Below, piece by piece: positions 36,876 through 47,662 of a stretch of DNA of 64,000 nucleotides. The DNA comes from Clostridiales bacterium (GTDB lineage: Bacteria; Bacillota; Clostridia; TANB77; CAG-508): positions 21,089 to 85,088 of the forward strand of contig JAHZIB010000004.1 in NCBI GenBank assembly GCA_019419955.1, in the 5' to 3' direction. Under the pieces are notes generated by a model. The model did not search any database. It worked only from the letters and a program-made list of their open reading frames with translations, and was not told the origin of the DNA. A program made the translations under genes and the position numbers. How positions within the stretch are numbered: position 1 is the stretch's first letter; every line of letters begins with the position of its first letter.

Positions 36876-37643
36876 TTAATCTTGGTCTTTTTCCAACATA
36901 TCAAATAAGTTTAAATTGCCTTCGATAATATAAGAGCTATTAGAAGTAGACTGTTTATCAAAATTTTTTTCATTTTCTTCAACAGATTCTTGTTCAATAT
37001 GTTTTCTATTTATTACATCATATTTATAAACATCTAAAGGGGAACCCAAAAATTCTGAAGAATTTTTTTGCTTGCTATTATCAGCAGACTCATCCTCTGG
37101 AAATACCTGAGTAAGGATTTCTAACAAACTTGGATACATTGTACCAGCGTGCTTTTTCCAATTTTCTACAATATGTTTTGCTTGTTCACGAGAGCCTGCA
37201 AAAGTTTTTACTTCAAATAAGCATTCATTATTTTCCATTATTTTACATGTTACATTATAATAATTTTCATTAACTGGTGTATATTCTGCTATTATAGAAT
37301 TTTCTTCATCGACATTTTCTAATGCATATTTTAAGTTTGTGTCTACTTGAAGTTTTATAATACCTGGTAAAATGTCTTCTGTTAATTCTAGTGTTCGAAT
37401 ACCTTTTTCAGTAATAATATACATACTGTTTCCTTCAGTAGAATAATTTATTACAAATTCGCTTTTCACTAAGTCTAGCAAGAATTGCTGATAGTAAAAA
37501 TAATTCATATCCAAGACTGAGAGTACTATTTTGTACAATGCAGTATTAGTTATTGCTTTATTTAAACTACGTAATATATATAAAATGAGAACCTTGCTTT
37601 CTGCTAATGTTTCATCATTAGATGTTAGTTTCAAGAATATCAC
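36876..37643 (-). CDS. DUF4364-like winged-helix protein
   Basis: The N-terminus ESKVLILYILRSLNKAITNTALYKIVL is wHTH-like. The family name is from memory. The start is GTG or TTG. Confidence 0.45.
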   Translation of the reverse strand: MIFLKLTSNDETLAESKVLILYILRSLNKAITNTALYKIVLSVLDMNYFYYQQFLLDLVKSEFVINYSTEGNSMYIITEKGIRTLELTEDILPGIIKLQVDTNLKYALENVDEENSIIAEYTPVNENYYNVTCKIMENNECLFEVKTFAGSREQAKHIVENWKKHAGTMYPSLLEILTQVFPEDESADNSKQKNSSEFLGSPLDVYKYDVINRKHIEQESVEENEKNFDKQSTSNSSYIIEGNLNLFDMLEKDQD

Positions 37644-37754
37644 CTCATAAAAATTAAAATAACTAAAAATATTATATCATAATTATATAAAAAATACTAT
37701 CCTTTTTAATTTATTAATGTTATAATTATTGAAGGATAATGTTTTTTAAAATAT

Positions 37755-37835
37755 ACTTATCCTGCAATAGGAGTTCCATTAAAAATTTTCACAAATTGAT
37801 GATTACAAAGCTGTGAGAATTTTTAATTAGAATCA
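37755..37835. repeat. Family B repeat, copy 3 (outer right arm missing)
   Basis: CCTGCAATAGGAGTTCCATTAAAAATTTTCACAAATTGATGATTACAAAGCTGTGAGAATTTTTAATTAGAATC aligns with the inner module of copy 2. Confidence 0.7.
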
Positions 37836-37923
37836 AAAAATATTGCATAATATATAAATGAAAGATAAAGTGAAAGAATCCATAAAAACGAATTATAAAA
37901 AAATAAATATAGGGAGAATATAG

Positions 37924-38628
37924 ATGAAAACAGGTACATTTTATGAGGTGCTGGAAGTTAGTGAAAATGCTTCAGAAGAGATAATAGAAAAAGCATATAA
38001 AGTTTTAGCAAAAAAATATCACCCTGATTTACAAAAAGATTCTCAAAAGAAAAATGCTGAGGAAAAGATGAAAATAATTAATGAGGCATATGAGGTTTTA
38101 GGAGATTCTGAAAAAAGGAAGGCATATGATGCTAGATTGGCACAAGAGAGGGAACAGGAAAAACTGAAACAAGAGCAAAATACTCAATTTTATAATTTTC
38201 AACGAGCACCAACTACCAATTCTTATGGCGAAAACACAAATACAAAGACTAATGATGACTTAGAATATGAGAAGAGAAGGCAAGAATATGAAAAAAAATT
38301 ACAAAGAAAAGATTATAGGCAAAGAAAAAAGATGCAAGAGAACTTAAACAAAGATTATGAAAATGCATATTATAATTATTTGAGGAACTTAGGGTATAAT
38401 GTAAAGCGTAGTTGGACAAAAGAGAATTTCAGGGACTTGGTAATAGTATTAATTATTATGGCAGGAATAATTGCAATTTTGTGGTTTTTTCCACCAAGCC
38501 ATGATTGGATGGTAAATTTTTATGAGAATAATCCAATTATTAAAACAGTAGTGAACATAGTGGGATCTATTATAGTAGGAATTTTTAGTGGAATTTGGAA
38601 TTTTATAACTGGACTATTTGGAAGATAG
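37924..38628 (+). CDS. J-domain (DnaJ-like) membrane protein
   Basis: The J-domain reads [29 protein letters not shown]. Two C-terminal TM helices follow. Confidence 0.8.
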   Translation: MKTGTFYEVLEVSENASEEIIEKAYKVLAKKYHPDLQKDSQKKNAEEKMKIINEAYEVLGDSEKRKAYDARLAQEREQEKLKQEQNTQFYNFQRAPTTNSYGENTNTKTNDDLEYEKRRQEYEKKLQRKDYRQRKKMQENLNKDYENAYYNYLRNLGYNVKRSWTKENFRDLVIVLIIMAGIIAILWFFPPSHDWMVNFYENNPIIKTVVNIVGSIIVGIFSGIWNFITGLFGR

Positions 38629-38732
38629 TAATATAATAGATATATTTTTATAAATATATCTATTTTCTGTATAAATTATGAAAAATAGTGATATAATCTA
38701 ATTATAAAATTATAAATAAGGAGGAATTTGTT

Positions 38733-39821
38733 ATGGATAGGAAAGTGAGAGTTGTACAGTACGGTACTGGTAAAATGTCAGTTTATACGATGCGTTATGT
38801 TTTCGAAAAAGGAGGAGAAATTGTAGGTGCTATTGATGCAAATCCAGCTGTTATAGGAAAAGACATTGGAGAGATAATGGGAGGAGAGAAGAGAGGGGTT
38901 AATGTAACTGATGCCAATAATGCAGAAACCTTGCTTAAAGACTCAAAACCAGATATAGTTATAGTTACTACAATGAGCTTGCTTGAGGACATAAAAGAGG
39001 CGTTTATGCTTTGTGCAAAATTGGGTATTAATGCAATATCAACATGTGAAGAGGCTTTTTTTCCATTCAATTCAAATCCAAAAGTTACAAACGAAATAGA
39101 TAAATTAGCAAAAGAAAATGGATGTACTATCACTGGAAGCGGATATCAGGATGTATATTGGGGAGGATTAATTAGTGCTATAGCTGGCTCTACACAAAAA
39201 ATAACTAAAATAAAGGGAAGTTCATCATATAATGTTGAGGATTATGGAATAGCTTTAGCGGAAGCACATGGTGCAGGCTTAAGTTTAGATGAGTTTGATA
39301 AAAAAATTGCTTCAGTAGATAGAATGAGCGATGAGGAAAGACAAGAGATTATAAATTCAGGAAATTATACACCATCATATATGTGGAACGTAAATGGTTG
39401 GTTGTGCTCAAAATTAGGTTTAACACCGATAAGTCAAACACAAAAATGTGTGCCACAAACTTATAAAGAAGATATTGATTCATCTACATTAGGAATGACT
39501 GTTAGGGCTGGCACAGCAACAGGAATGAGTGCAGTGGTTACCACAAAGACAAAAGAGGGAATTACAATTGAAACACAATGTATAGGAAAAGTTTACTCAA
39601 AAGAAGACTATGATAAAAATGAATGGACTATTGAAGGTGAGCCCAATACAACAATTGTTGTATCAAGGCCAGCAACAGTAGAGTTGACTTGTGCTACTGT
39701 TGTGAATAGGATACCTGATGTTATTAATAGTAAGCCTGGATATGTTTCTACAGATAAATTAGACGAACTTAAATATTTGGTAAAACCAATGAATGAATAT
39801 GTTAAGTCACTTGCGAAATAG
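38733..39821 (+). CDS. DapB-like NAD(P)-binding oxidoreductase (2,4-diaminopentanoate dehydrogenase-like)
   Basis: The N-terminus VRVVQYGTGKMS is a Rossmann motif. Size and layout resemble amine dehydrogenases of the DapB superfamily. The specific function is an inference. Confidence 0.5.
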   Translation: MDRKVRVVQYGTGKMSVYTMRYVFEKGGEIVGAIDANPAVIGKDIGEIMGGEKRGVNVTDANNAETLLKDSKPDIVIVTTMSLLEDIKEAFMLCAKLGINAISTCEEAFFPFNSNPKVTNEIDKLAKENGCTITGSGYQDVYWGGLISAIAGSTQKITKIKGSSSYNVEDYGIALAEAHGAGLSLDEFDKKIASVDRMSDEERQEIINSGNYTPSYMWNVNGWLCSKLGLTPISQTQKCVPQTYKEDIDSSTLGMTVRAGTATGMSAVVTTKTKEGITIETQCIGKVYSKEDYDKNEWTIEGEPNTTIVVSRPATVELTCATVVNRIPDVINSKPGYVSTDKLDELKYLVKPMNEYVKSLAK

Positions 39822-39912
39822 GTACACTTCTAAATTCGCAAAAATGTGCGAGTCAGGGGCACTTCTAAATTCGTAAAAACTTGCGAATTAGGGAGTGTCC
39901 CTAACTCGCAAG
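39810..39912. repeat. 35-bp tandem repeat (2.x units) ending in a 15-bp hairpin shared by convergent genes
   Basis: The motif yTGCGArtyAGG occurs at 39810, 39845 and 39880, and inverted at 39900-39912. The hairpin is CTTGCGAATTAGGGA gtg TCCCTAACTCGCAAG. Confidence 0.7.
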
Positions 39913-39919
39913 TTTGAAA

Positions 39920-41377
39920 TTATATATTTTTAATGTCTCTTTTCTTAAACACTACAGTGCTTATGGCAAGCATTATAAATAAGTAAGCCAAGCATATTAC
40001 TAACGAGAAAGTAGCTGTTAGTCCTTCAAACATAGGCGCTCCTCCAAATAGGTATTGTGTGAAATCCCAGTTTGGTGTAACAAAATATATTATCCATTTC
40101 AAGTCATATAATAATGCAAATTGGTTTATCAGACTTGAAGCAATATAGCCTAAAAATGGTACTGCAACTGCCAGTGCAGTGTTTGTAAATATTGTACTAC
40201 ATGCAAATGCTAGTGTTGTTAATAATAAGTATATTGGTAATTTACAAAATCCTATTAATGAAACATATGATGCTATATTCATTGTCTGAATACTGTGTGT
40301 TTCAAAGTTATATATAATTGCAGGTGTGGATAAGCTGTCAAATCCATGTATGAATCCACCAATTATTAATTGAGATAATGCTAAGAATATTATTGCTAAT
40401 ATTAAAATAAGTATGCATACTATAAATTTTGATATTAATATTTTTGTTCTATTGTATGGTTTTACGAGCAATAGTTTTATGGTACCTCTACTAAATTCTT
40501 CACTTACTATTGAAGATGCTATAACAATTGCTATTATTAAAATAAATAGTTCATAATTATTAAATAAGTTAAGCAAAATATTTCTATTATCATTTTCTAT
40601 AGATATATTATTTTCAATGTAATATTTATTTAAAGCTGCCTGTTCTAAAGAGCTTTCATAATATTGTATTTCTTCATCAGAGAGTTTGCTTATATCTGTG
40701 TTTGCATATTCATTTACTGAAGTTTGGTAACTTTGGTAATTTTCTAAAGAACTGTTGAGTGCACTAGGTGCGTAGCTAATATTTTTTTCTAGTCTCCATT
40801 CATTTATCTGTTTTTCTAGTTGCAAATTCTGAATAGTTCTATTAATTGAAGCTAGAGCCTCAGGATTATCAGTGGAGTCTCGTAATTGATATTGGCTTTT
40901 CAAAGAATTATTTATATCTTCTAAGTCATTGGTAACAAAATATTTCCAATCATCAGCCTTCATCCTTTTCAAGCCTTCATTATATTTTTCTGTTGCTTCA
41001 TTATATGCCTCTTCAGTTACCTCGTTTGTGTATTCGTGTTCAATCATAACGTCTATATAACTAATAAGTTTAGTGTTTATTACATATGCTTGCCAACTAT
41101 TGTTGCCATATTCCTTAGTAAGTTTCATTGCTTCAAGCTGACGTTCATATTCGAGGTATTGTGGATAATCAGTAGGATTGTTAGGGTCTAAGCTAGCCAG
41201 AGCGTCTTCATAATAAGGAATATCTCCTTCATAATAATAATACCTTACATGGTCATTATCAGTATATTTTATAATAAAGTTTGAAAGTAAAACATATCCA
41301 AGTGTAATTATTAAAAGTATATAAATTGTTTTTTTCTTAAAAACCTTTGTTAATTCATTTTTTATTAAATTAATCAA
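39920..41377 (-). CDS. ABC-2 type exporter permease with a large extracytoplasmic domain
   Basis: An N-terminal TM helix is followed by a soluble region of about 250 aa and then 5 C-terminal TM helices. The gene overlaps the ATPase gene by 8 nt. Confidence 0.7.
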   Translation of the reverse strand: MINLIKNELTKVFKKKTIYILLIITLGYVLLSNFIIKYTDNDHVRYYYYEGDIPYYEDALASLDPNNPTDYPQYLEYERQLEAMKLTKEYGNNSWQAYVINTKLISYIDVMIEHEYTNEVTEEAYNEATEKYNEGLKRMKADDWKYFVTNDLEDINNSLKSQYQLRDSTDNPEALASINRTIQNLQLEKQINEWRLEKNISYAPSALNSSLENYQSYQTSVNEYANTDISKLSDEEIQYYESSLEQAALNKYYIENNISIENDNRNILLNLFNNYELFILIIAIVIASSIVSEEFSRGTIKLLLVKPYNRTKILISKFIVCILILILAIIFLALSQLIIGGFIHGFDSLSTPAIIYNFETHSIQTMNIASYVSLIGFCKLPIYLLLTTLAFACSTIFTNTALAVAVPFLGYIASSLINQFALLYDLKWIIYFVTPNWDFTQYLFGGAPMFEGLTATFSLVICLAYLFIMLAISTVVFKKRDIKNI

Positions 41378-42281
41378 TTACATTACCCCCTGTCTTTTTC
41401 AAAAATGCATCTTCAAGAGTTACGATTTTCTCTTGCAAAGAATATATTTTGATATCTTGTAAAACTAATTTTTTCACAATTTCAGAAACATTTTGCCTAT
41501 TTGAACTAACACTAATGTGTGTATCATCTATAATTTCGGCAATGTCTCCTAAAAGAATTTTTGCCCTGTTAGGATTATCTACTTCTATAGTATAATTTCC
41601 ACTCGAAGCATCTTTCTTTACACTGTCTAAACTGCTATTTTCTACTATGATTCCATTTTTTATAATGCACACTTTATTACAGAAACTTTCTAATTCTGCC
41701 AAATTATGGCTTGAGATTAGGATTCCCATATTTTCTTCAGTAGCAAGTTTTGTTAAAAGAGTACGTAGTTCCTTAATGCCTTCTGGGTCTAATCCATTAG
41801 TTGGTTCATCAAGAATTAGAAGATTAGGTCTATGAAGTATTGCTTGAGCAACGCCAAGTCTTTGTCTCATACCAAGAGAATATTTAGAAACTTTATCATT
41901 TATTCTATTTTCCAAACCAACGAGTTTTACAACCTCATCAATACGAGAATTAGTTACACCTTTATATAGATTAGAAATTAATTTCAAATTATCATATCCA
42001 GTTAAATACATATATAAGTCGGGATTTTCTATAATAGCACCAACTTTAGAAATTGCTTTTTCAAAATTTGATTCAATGTCAAATCCATTTACTATAACTT
42101 TGCCACTATTTATTTTTTGCAGGCCTAAGATTAGTTTAATGGTTGTAGTTTTCCCCGCTCCATTAGGCCCAATAAAACCTAAGATGTCTCCTTTTGATAT
42201 TTCAAGAGAAACTCCCTTTAAGATTTCTTTTTTTCTAAAAGATTTGTGCAAGTTTTCGCACTTTAAAATTACATTTTGCAA
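41370..42281 (-). CDS. ABC transporter ATP-binding protein
   Basis: Walker A is GPNGAGKTT, the signature is YSLGMRQRL and Walker B is LLILDEPTNGLD. Confidence 0.9.
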   Translation of the reverse strand: MQNVILKCENLHKSFRKKEILKGVSLEISKGDILGFIGPNGAGKTTTIKLILGLQKINSGKVIVNGFDIESNFEKAISKVGAIIENPDLYMYLTGYDNLKLISNLYKGVTNSRIDEVVKLVGLENRINDKVSKYSLGMRQRLGVAQAILHRPNLLILDEPTNGLDPEGIKELRTLLTKLATEENMGILISSHNLAELESFCNKVCIIKNGIIVENSSLDSVKKDASSGNYTIEVDNPNRAKILLGDIAEIIDDTHISVSSNRQNVSEIVKKLVLQDIKIYSLQEKIVTLEDAFLKKTGGNVID

Positions 42282-42512
42282 TTTAAAAACAACCTCCTTT
42301 TAATTATGGAAGATTTAGCTTTATGAAAGTTAAGATTATAAAGTTAATGTCAATCTTCTCATAAGTTCAAATTTTTACTGCAAAAATATAATACCATAAA
42401 TTTCTTAATATGCAAGTTATAAATAATTAAGAAATTCTTAACAAAGGTAATTAAAAAAAAGATTGAATAAAAAATAAAAAAGAGAAAATAATAATGAAAA
42501 GGAGGATAAGTT

Positions 42513-42773
42513 ATGAATCAGGAAATTATTGAAAATTTAAATAAATTTAAAGAAAGAAAAATTAGAGTTGAGCAGAAAGGTTTTTTAAAAATCAGGTTTT
42601 TTATTGATGAGTTAAATTACTCAATCGAGGACGATATTTTAAAGCTTACAGATGAAGACAGTGAAATATATATGAAGATTAACACAAATCAAATTTATAA
42701 AATAGATGGAGAAAATAATAAAGTATCATTATACTTAGATAATGATACTATGGTAGAATTAGTAAATATTTAA
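42513..42773 (+). CDS. Hypothetical protein (86 aa)
   Basis: ORF with an AAGGAGG SD. Confidence 0.5.
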   Translation: MNQEIIENLNKFKERKIRVEQKGFLKIRFFIDELNYSIEDDILKLTDEDSEIYMKINTNQIYKIDGENNKVSLYLDNDTMVELVNI

Positions 42774-42968
42774 TTATTTCTTTCTTAGTCTTTCGAAATC
42801 TTCATCATCTAGATTTCGAAGGCTAAATTCAAGAAGAGTAATTACAGTTTTATTAAAAGATAAGTTTTTTAAATTGGCAAGAGTTTGCACATCATCTACT
42901 ACATTTTCTGGTAGTCTTAATGTTTTGCTAATTCCGCTATGGTTTTTTGGTATTTTTAATTTATCCAT
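42774..42968 (-). CDS. Ribbon-helix-helix (CopG/Arc-like) protein
   Basis: ISKTLRLPENVVDDVQTLANLKNLSFNKTVITLLEFSL fits a beta-strand plus two helices. Confidence 0.55.
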   Translation of the reverse strand: MDKLKIPKNHSGISKTLRLPENVVDDVQTLANLKNLSFNKTVITLLEFSLRNLDDEDFERLRKK

Positions 42969-43198
42969 ATTTTATCTCATTCCTTTCCCAAGGTAGAAAA
43001 CAGGTTATTTACCTATTCCCCTTTTTTTAATATTTTATAATGAAATTAAAAATAAATATGCACCTAAATTGAACTGCAGCAATGACCTTTTTTGTTTAAT
43101 AAATAATTTTACAATATATAATATATGAAAAATGTCGAAAATTGTCAGAAAAATAAAATTGGCTGTTAAATATATAAATTGTTAACATGTAACTCATA

Positions 43199-43280
43199 TT
43201 TGTTAGTAGATAATTGTTTAGAAAAATAATTGTCCTGCAACGGGAGTTCAAATGCGCAATAACCATTATCTACTAACAAT
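43199..43280. repeat. Family B repeat, copy 4 (outer arms only; the inner hairpin module of about 75 bp is absent)
   Basis: TTGTTAGTAGATAAT...AATAATTGTCCTGCAACGGGAGTTCAAATGCGCAATAACC...ATTATCTACTAACAA. The terminal inverted repeat is a perfect 15 bp. Confidence 0.75.
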
Positions 43281-43366
43281 ATTTTGTCTTTTTTTAAAAA
43301 ACTATTGTTAGTAATTGGAAATAATGATATAATTTAGGCAAAATTGGGAGGAAGATATAACAAGAA

Positions 43367-44023
43367 ATGAGAATAAGATTTAAACCGTGGGCTAGACCGG
43401 AGTTAGAAGCTAGTCAGTTTTATATAGATAATCCAGAGGAATATAAAGGAAAATGGAAAAAATTGTTTAAAAATGATAATCCAATTTATTTGGAACTCGG
43501 TTGTGGAAAGGGAGGCTTTATTTCTCAAATTGCTGTTTATAATCCAGATATAAATTTTATTGCAATTGATTTGGTAGATGCTATGTTAGGTTTGGCGAAA
43601 AGAAAGATTGAGGAGCAATACAGGTTGGCTAATAGAGCAATTGATAATGTATATATTACTAGATATGATATAGAGAGGATTAACAATATTTTGTTAAAAG
43701 AAGATGGAGTTGAGAGAATTTATATTAATTTTTGCAATCCATGGCCAAGAGGAAAACATAAAAAGAGAAGACTAACACATATAAGACAATTAGAAAAATA
43801 TAAGGAATTTCTAGTAGAAGGTGCAAAAATATACTTTAAAACAGATGACGATGAATTATTTAATGATAGCGTTAATTATCTAAATACAGCTGGCTTTAGA
43901 ATAGAAAAATATACATATGATTTAGAGAAAGATATTAATTTTTGGGAAAATATAGAGACTGAACATGAGAGAATGTTTAAGGAAGAAGGTATTAAGATAA
44001 AGGCATTAATAGCAAGTATATAA
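43367..44023 (+). CDS. trmB: tRNA (guanine-N7)-methyltransferase
   Basis: The motifs are MRIRFKPWA, LELGCGKGGF and FCNPWPRGKHKKRRL. Confidence 0.9.
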   Translation: MRIRFKPWARPELEASQFYIDNPEEYKGKWKKLFKNDNPIYLELGCGKGGFISQIAVYNPDINFIAIDLVDAMLGLAKRKIEEQYRLANRAIDNVYITRYDIERINNILLKEDGVERIYINFCNPWPRGKHKKRRLTHIRQLEKYKEFLVEGAKIYFKTDDDELFNDSVNYLNTAGFRIEKYTYDLEKDINFWENIETEHERMFKEEGIKIKALIASI

Positions 44024-44109
44024 AGATTAATGTTTTTTTCAGATAATACATTACTATAGCTAAAAGTTGGACTAAAAAGTGTCTTAACACTAGATGCTTA
44101 GGAAAGGAA

Positions 44110-45222
44110 GTGCAAAAGTTGGAGCAGATTAATGGTATAATTAATTTTTTTACTAACATAACACGAGTGCAGGTAATTGATTTATTAATTGCTTTTGTGA
44201 TTATTGGAGTTTTTGTAATATTAAGTCCAGCATTATCATATTTAATTATTAAGATGTTTAAGTTTAGAGAAAAAGATAAAAAGAAAATAAAAGAGAATCC
44301 TTTTTATTTGCCGCTAAAAGCTTTATTTATTTGCATAGGTGTGTATTTTGGTATATTAGTTATAAATCCGCCTGCAAATGTAATTAAAATTTGCAAGCAA
44401 GTGTTTGATATAGCAATTATTTGTATTCTAGCTAAAGGACTTGTAAACTTTGTTGATCCTAAGAAGGGTATTGTTAGAAAAATGAGAAATGATGATATGC
44501 CTGATGGAAATAGAACAGTTGCAAGTTTTACTGGAAAAATACTGAAATATGCAATATACATTGGAGCTGGATTACTTATTCTAGCAGTTTGGGGAATTAA
44601 TCCATCAAGTCTTATTGCAGGTCTTGGAATAGGAAGTGCTGTGGTTGCTCTTGCGGCACAGGATTTTGTAAAGAATCTTATTTCAGGATTCTCAATATTA
44701 TCAGATAGACCATTTTTAGTAGGCGATTGGATTCAGGTTGGTAATAACGAAGGCAGGGTAATGGAGATTTCTTTTAGAACAACAAAGATTAAAACAGCTG
44801 ATAATACCATAATAACTATACAGAATTCTATTTTTAATACAGATATTGTTATTAATTGGTCAAGAATGCAAGAAAGAAGATATTTACTAAACATTAAATT
44901 ACCTCTTAACACAAATTCTGATAAAGTCGAGAAGATAATCAATAGAATTAAATTTGTGTTGATGAATGAGAATGATGTAATAGAAGATACAATACAAGTT
45001 AGTTTGGATACGATTGATACTACTGGAATGAATTTGCTTATATATATGTACACTGCAAATGTGGAGTATGTATCTTATTTAGCTTTTAGAACCAAGGTAA
45101 ATGAGAAAATATTAAAGGTTTTGGAGTCTGAAAACATAAATATGTCATATCCAGGGCAGAATGTGTATGTTCATCAGGTTGATGAAGAGGATTTAAATGT
45201 TATAAACAAAGAAAACATTTAG
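44110..45222 (+). CDS. Mechanosensitive ion channel (MscS family)
   Basis: TM helices are followed by FSILSDRPFLVGDWIQVGNNEGRVMEISFRTTKIKT. Confidence 0.85.
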   Translation: MQKLEQINGIINFFTNITRVQVIDLLIAFVIIGVFVILSPALSYLIIKMFKFREKDKKKIKENPFYLPLKALFICIGVYFGILVINPPANVIKICKQVFDIAIICILAKGLVNFVDPKKGIVRKMRNDDMPDGNRTVASFTGKILKYAIYIGAGLLILAVWGINPSSLIAGLGIGSAVVALAAQDFVKNLISGFSILSDRPFLVGDWIQVGNNEGRVMEISFRTTKIKTADNTIITIQNSIFNTDIVINWSRMQERRYLLNIKLPLNTNSDKVEKIINRIKFVLMNENDVIEDTIQVSLDTIDTTGMNLLIYMYTANVEYVSYLAFRTKVNEKILKVLESENINMSYPGQNVYVHQVDEEDLNVINKENI

Positions 45223-45408
45223 AAAAACCAGTGTTGGACTTCATAAAAAGGACACAAATAATTGGAATTTCTTTACTATAATTCATAAAAAGGGCATAAA
45301 AATGTTGTATAATAAACTATAATTGATAAAATTAGCAAATGGATGGTTTTAGAGCAATTATTATGATTAATTAACTAAAAACCATTTTTAGGGAAAGGAT
45401 AGTAAAAA

Positions 45409-46086
45409 ATGGGAGATACAACAATTCTAGTAGTAGATGATGAATCAAGAATGAGAAAATTGATTAGAGACTTTTTAATGCAAAAGGGGTATGGAATTTT
45501 AGAAGCTGCTGATGGTGAAGAAGCATTGGATGTATTTGAGGAGAATAAAAACAAAATTAATTTAATACTTCTTGATGTTATGATGCCAAAGCTTGATGGA
45601 TGGTCTGTTCTTCGTCAGATTAGACAGAATTCAAAAGTCCCTATAATTATGCTTACTGCAAGAGGAGAGGAACAGGACGAACTTTTTGGATTTGAATTAG
45701 GTGTTGACGAATATATCTCTAAACCATTTAGTCCTAAAATATTGGTCGCGAGAGTGGAAGCAATTTTGAAGAGAACAAATCCCAAAACTTCCGAACAGAA
45801 AGATTATGGTGGGATTGTAATAGACCCAGAAGGAAGAACTGTGACTGTGGATGGAAAACAAATTGATATGAGTTTAAGGGAGTATGAGTTGTTAAAGTAT
45901 TTACTTGATAATGAGAATATTGCTCTTTCAAGGGATAAAATTCTAAATAATGTTTGGAATTATGATTATTATGGAGATTCAAGAACAATTGATAGTCATA
46001 TAAAAAAGATAAGGCACAAATTAGGAAAGAAAGGTAAATATATCCAAACTATTAGAGGAATAGGCTATAAATTTGAGATAAAATAG
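45409..46086 (+). CDS. OmpR-family response regulator
   Basis: The motifs are ILVVDDE, LILLDVMMPKLDG and the C-terminal IQTIRGIGYKF. Confidence 0.9.
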   Translation: MGDTTILVVDDESRMRKLIRDFLMQKGYGILEAADGEEALDVFEENKNKINLILLDVMMPKLDGWSVLRQIRQNSKVPIIMLTARGEEQDELFGFELGVDEYISKPFSPKILVARVEAILKRTNPKTSEQKDYGGIVIDPEGRTVTVDGKQIDMSLREYELLKYLLDNENIALSRDKILNNVWNYDYYGDSRTIDSHIKKIRHKLGKKGKYIQTIRGIGYKFEIK

Positions 46087-46113
46087 AAAAGTAATTTATG
46101 CTTTAGGAAAGGA

Positions 46114-47625
46114 ATGCGACTAAAGATGGCAAAAATTAAAAGTAATTTTAAATCAGTAAGATTTAAACTATTTTTTACAATGTGTTTAGTGATAGCTCTT
46201 ATAGTGTTGTGCCTAGTGGTAATTAATAGTGTGGTACTTAGATCCTTTTATTTATACTCAAAGATTGATAGTTTAAAAAATGTTTATGCCAAAATAAATA
46301 ATTATTATAACTCAAATAGTACATCTAGTTCTTTAGATGAAGAGTTAAGGAGAATCGCTTTTAATAATAATTATGATATTTTTATAAGAACTGAGAGTAA
46401 CATGATTGTATTTAGTACTGACAAAGATTTATATTCTGCAATAAATATATTATCAAATGCTAATAAGTCGAATAATGAAATTGTATTATCTGATGGGAAA
46501 ATACAAATAAAAAAGATAAATGATACTGTAAATAATCTAAATTACATATTGCTTTCAGGTCAACTAGATAATGGATATGAGCTTTATATAAGTATTCCAG
46601 CTGTTCCAATAGATGAGAGCGTAGAAATTTCGAATCAAACTTTAATAATGATAGGAATAATTATATTATTAATATCTGCATTTATAGCATCATATATATC
46701 TAAAAAGTTTACAGCACCTATAGTTCAATTAAATAATATAACAAATAAAATGGCAAGACTAGATTTTAGCCAAAAATATAAAAACATAGATACAAACGAT
46801 GAAATAAATGAGTTGGGGAATAATATAAATCTTATGTCTGACAAGTTGGAAAGTACTATTAAACAATTGAGGGAAAACAATTCTGAATTAGAAAAGGATA
46901 TTGAAGAAAAGTCAAAAATAGATGAAATGAGAAAACAATTTATTTCGGATGTGTCACATGAGCTAAAAACTCCAATTGCTCTAATTCAAGGTTATGCAGA
47001 GGGGTTAATAGAAAATGTTAATACAGATGATGAGTCAAGGAAGTTTTATGCAGAAGTTATTTTAGATGAGTCAAATAAAATGGACACTTTGGTAAAACAG
47101 CTTCTTGAATTAATGAAGCTTGAATATGGTAAAAGAGAATTTAGAAATGAGAAGTTTAATATTGTTGAACTTATAAATGAGGTTATACGAAAATGTAAGG
47201 TAATGCTAGATGATAGAAAAATAGATATTAAGTTTGAACACGAGCCAGAAATTATGGTATTTGCAGATTCTTTTTACATTGAGCAAGTAATAACCAATTA
47301 TTTAACAAATGCTATAAAACATGTAAAGGATATTAATGGGATTAGACAGATTAAAGTGAATATAAGTATTAATGATAAAACCAGAAAAGTTAGAGTTTCA
47401 GTATTTAATACTGGCGAGAATATTTCTGACAGTTCAATATCAAAAATTTGGGGTAGATTCTATAAAGGAGATACTTCAAGAAATAGAGAAGATGGAGGAA
47501 CTGGGATAGGTCTAGCACTGGTTAAGGCAATTATGATAAATTATAAAAATGACTATGGCGTAGAAAACAAGGAGAATGGAGTAGAGTTTTACTTTGAATT
47601 AGATAAAGGAGAAGAAGAAAACTAA
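46114..47625 (+). CDS. Sensor histidine kinase (two TM helices, HAMP, HisKA, HATPase)
   Basis: The H-box is FISDVSHELKTPI, the N-box is NYLTNAIKH and the G-box is GGTGIGLALV. Confidence 0.9.
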   Translation: MRLKMAKIKSNFKSVRFKLFFTMCLVIALIVLCLVVINSVVLRSFYLYSKIDSLKNVYAKINNYYNSNSTSSSLDEELRRIAFNNNYDIFIRTESNMIVFSTDKDLYSAINILSNANKSNNEIVLSDGKIQIKKINDTVNNLNYILLSGQLDNGYELYISIPAVPIDESVEISNQTLIMIGIIILLISAFIASYISKKFTAPIVQLNNITNKMARLDFSQKYKNIDTNDEINELGNNINLMSDKLESTIKQLRENNSELEKDIEEKSKIDEMRKQFISDVSHELKTPIALIQGYAEGLIENVNTDDESRKFYAEVILDESNKMDTLVKQLLELMKLEYGKREFRNEKFNIVELINEVIRKCKVMLDDRKIDIKFEHEPEIMVFADSFYIEQVITNYLTNAIKHVKDINGIRQIKVNISINDKTRKVRVSVFNTGENISDSSISKIWGRFYKGDTSRNREDGGTGIGLALVKAIMINYKNDYGVENKENGVEFYFELDKGEEEN

Positions 47626-47662
47626 ATTTATATTTGATTTATGCAAAAAATACTTGCAGATT

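Noticed and set aside
45240-45296. Direct repeat TTCATAAAAAGGrCA (twice, 42 bp apart) upstream of the response-regulator gene, considered as an OmpR-type binding site.
   Set aside because: OmpR-family sites are normally tandem at about 10-11 bp spacing. Two AT-rich 15-mers 42 bp apart are not convincing without comparative data.
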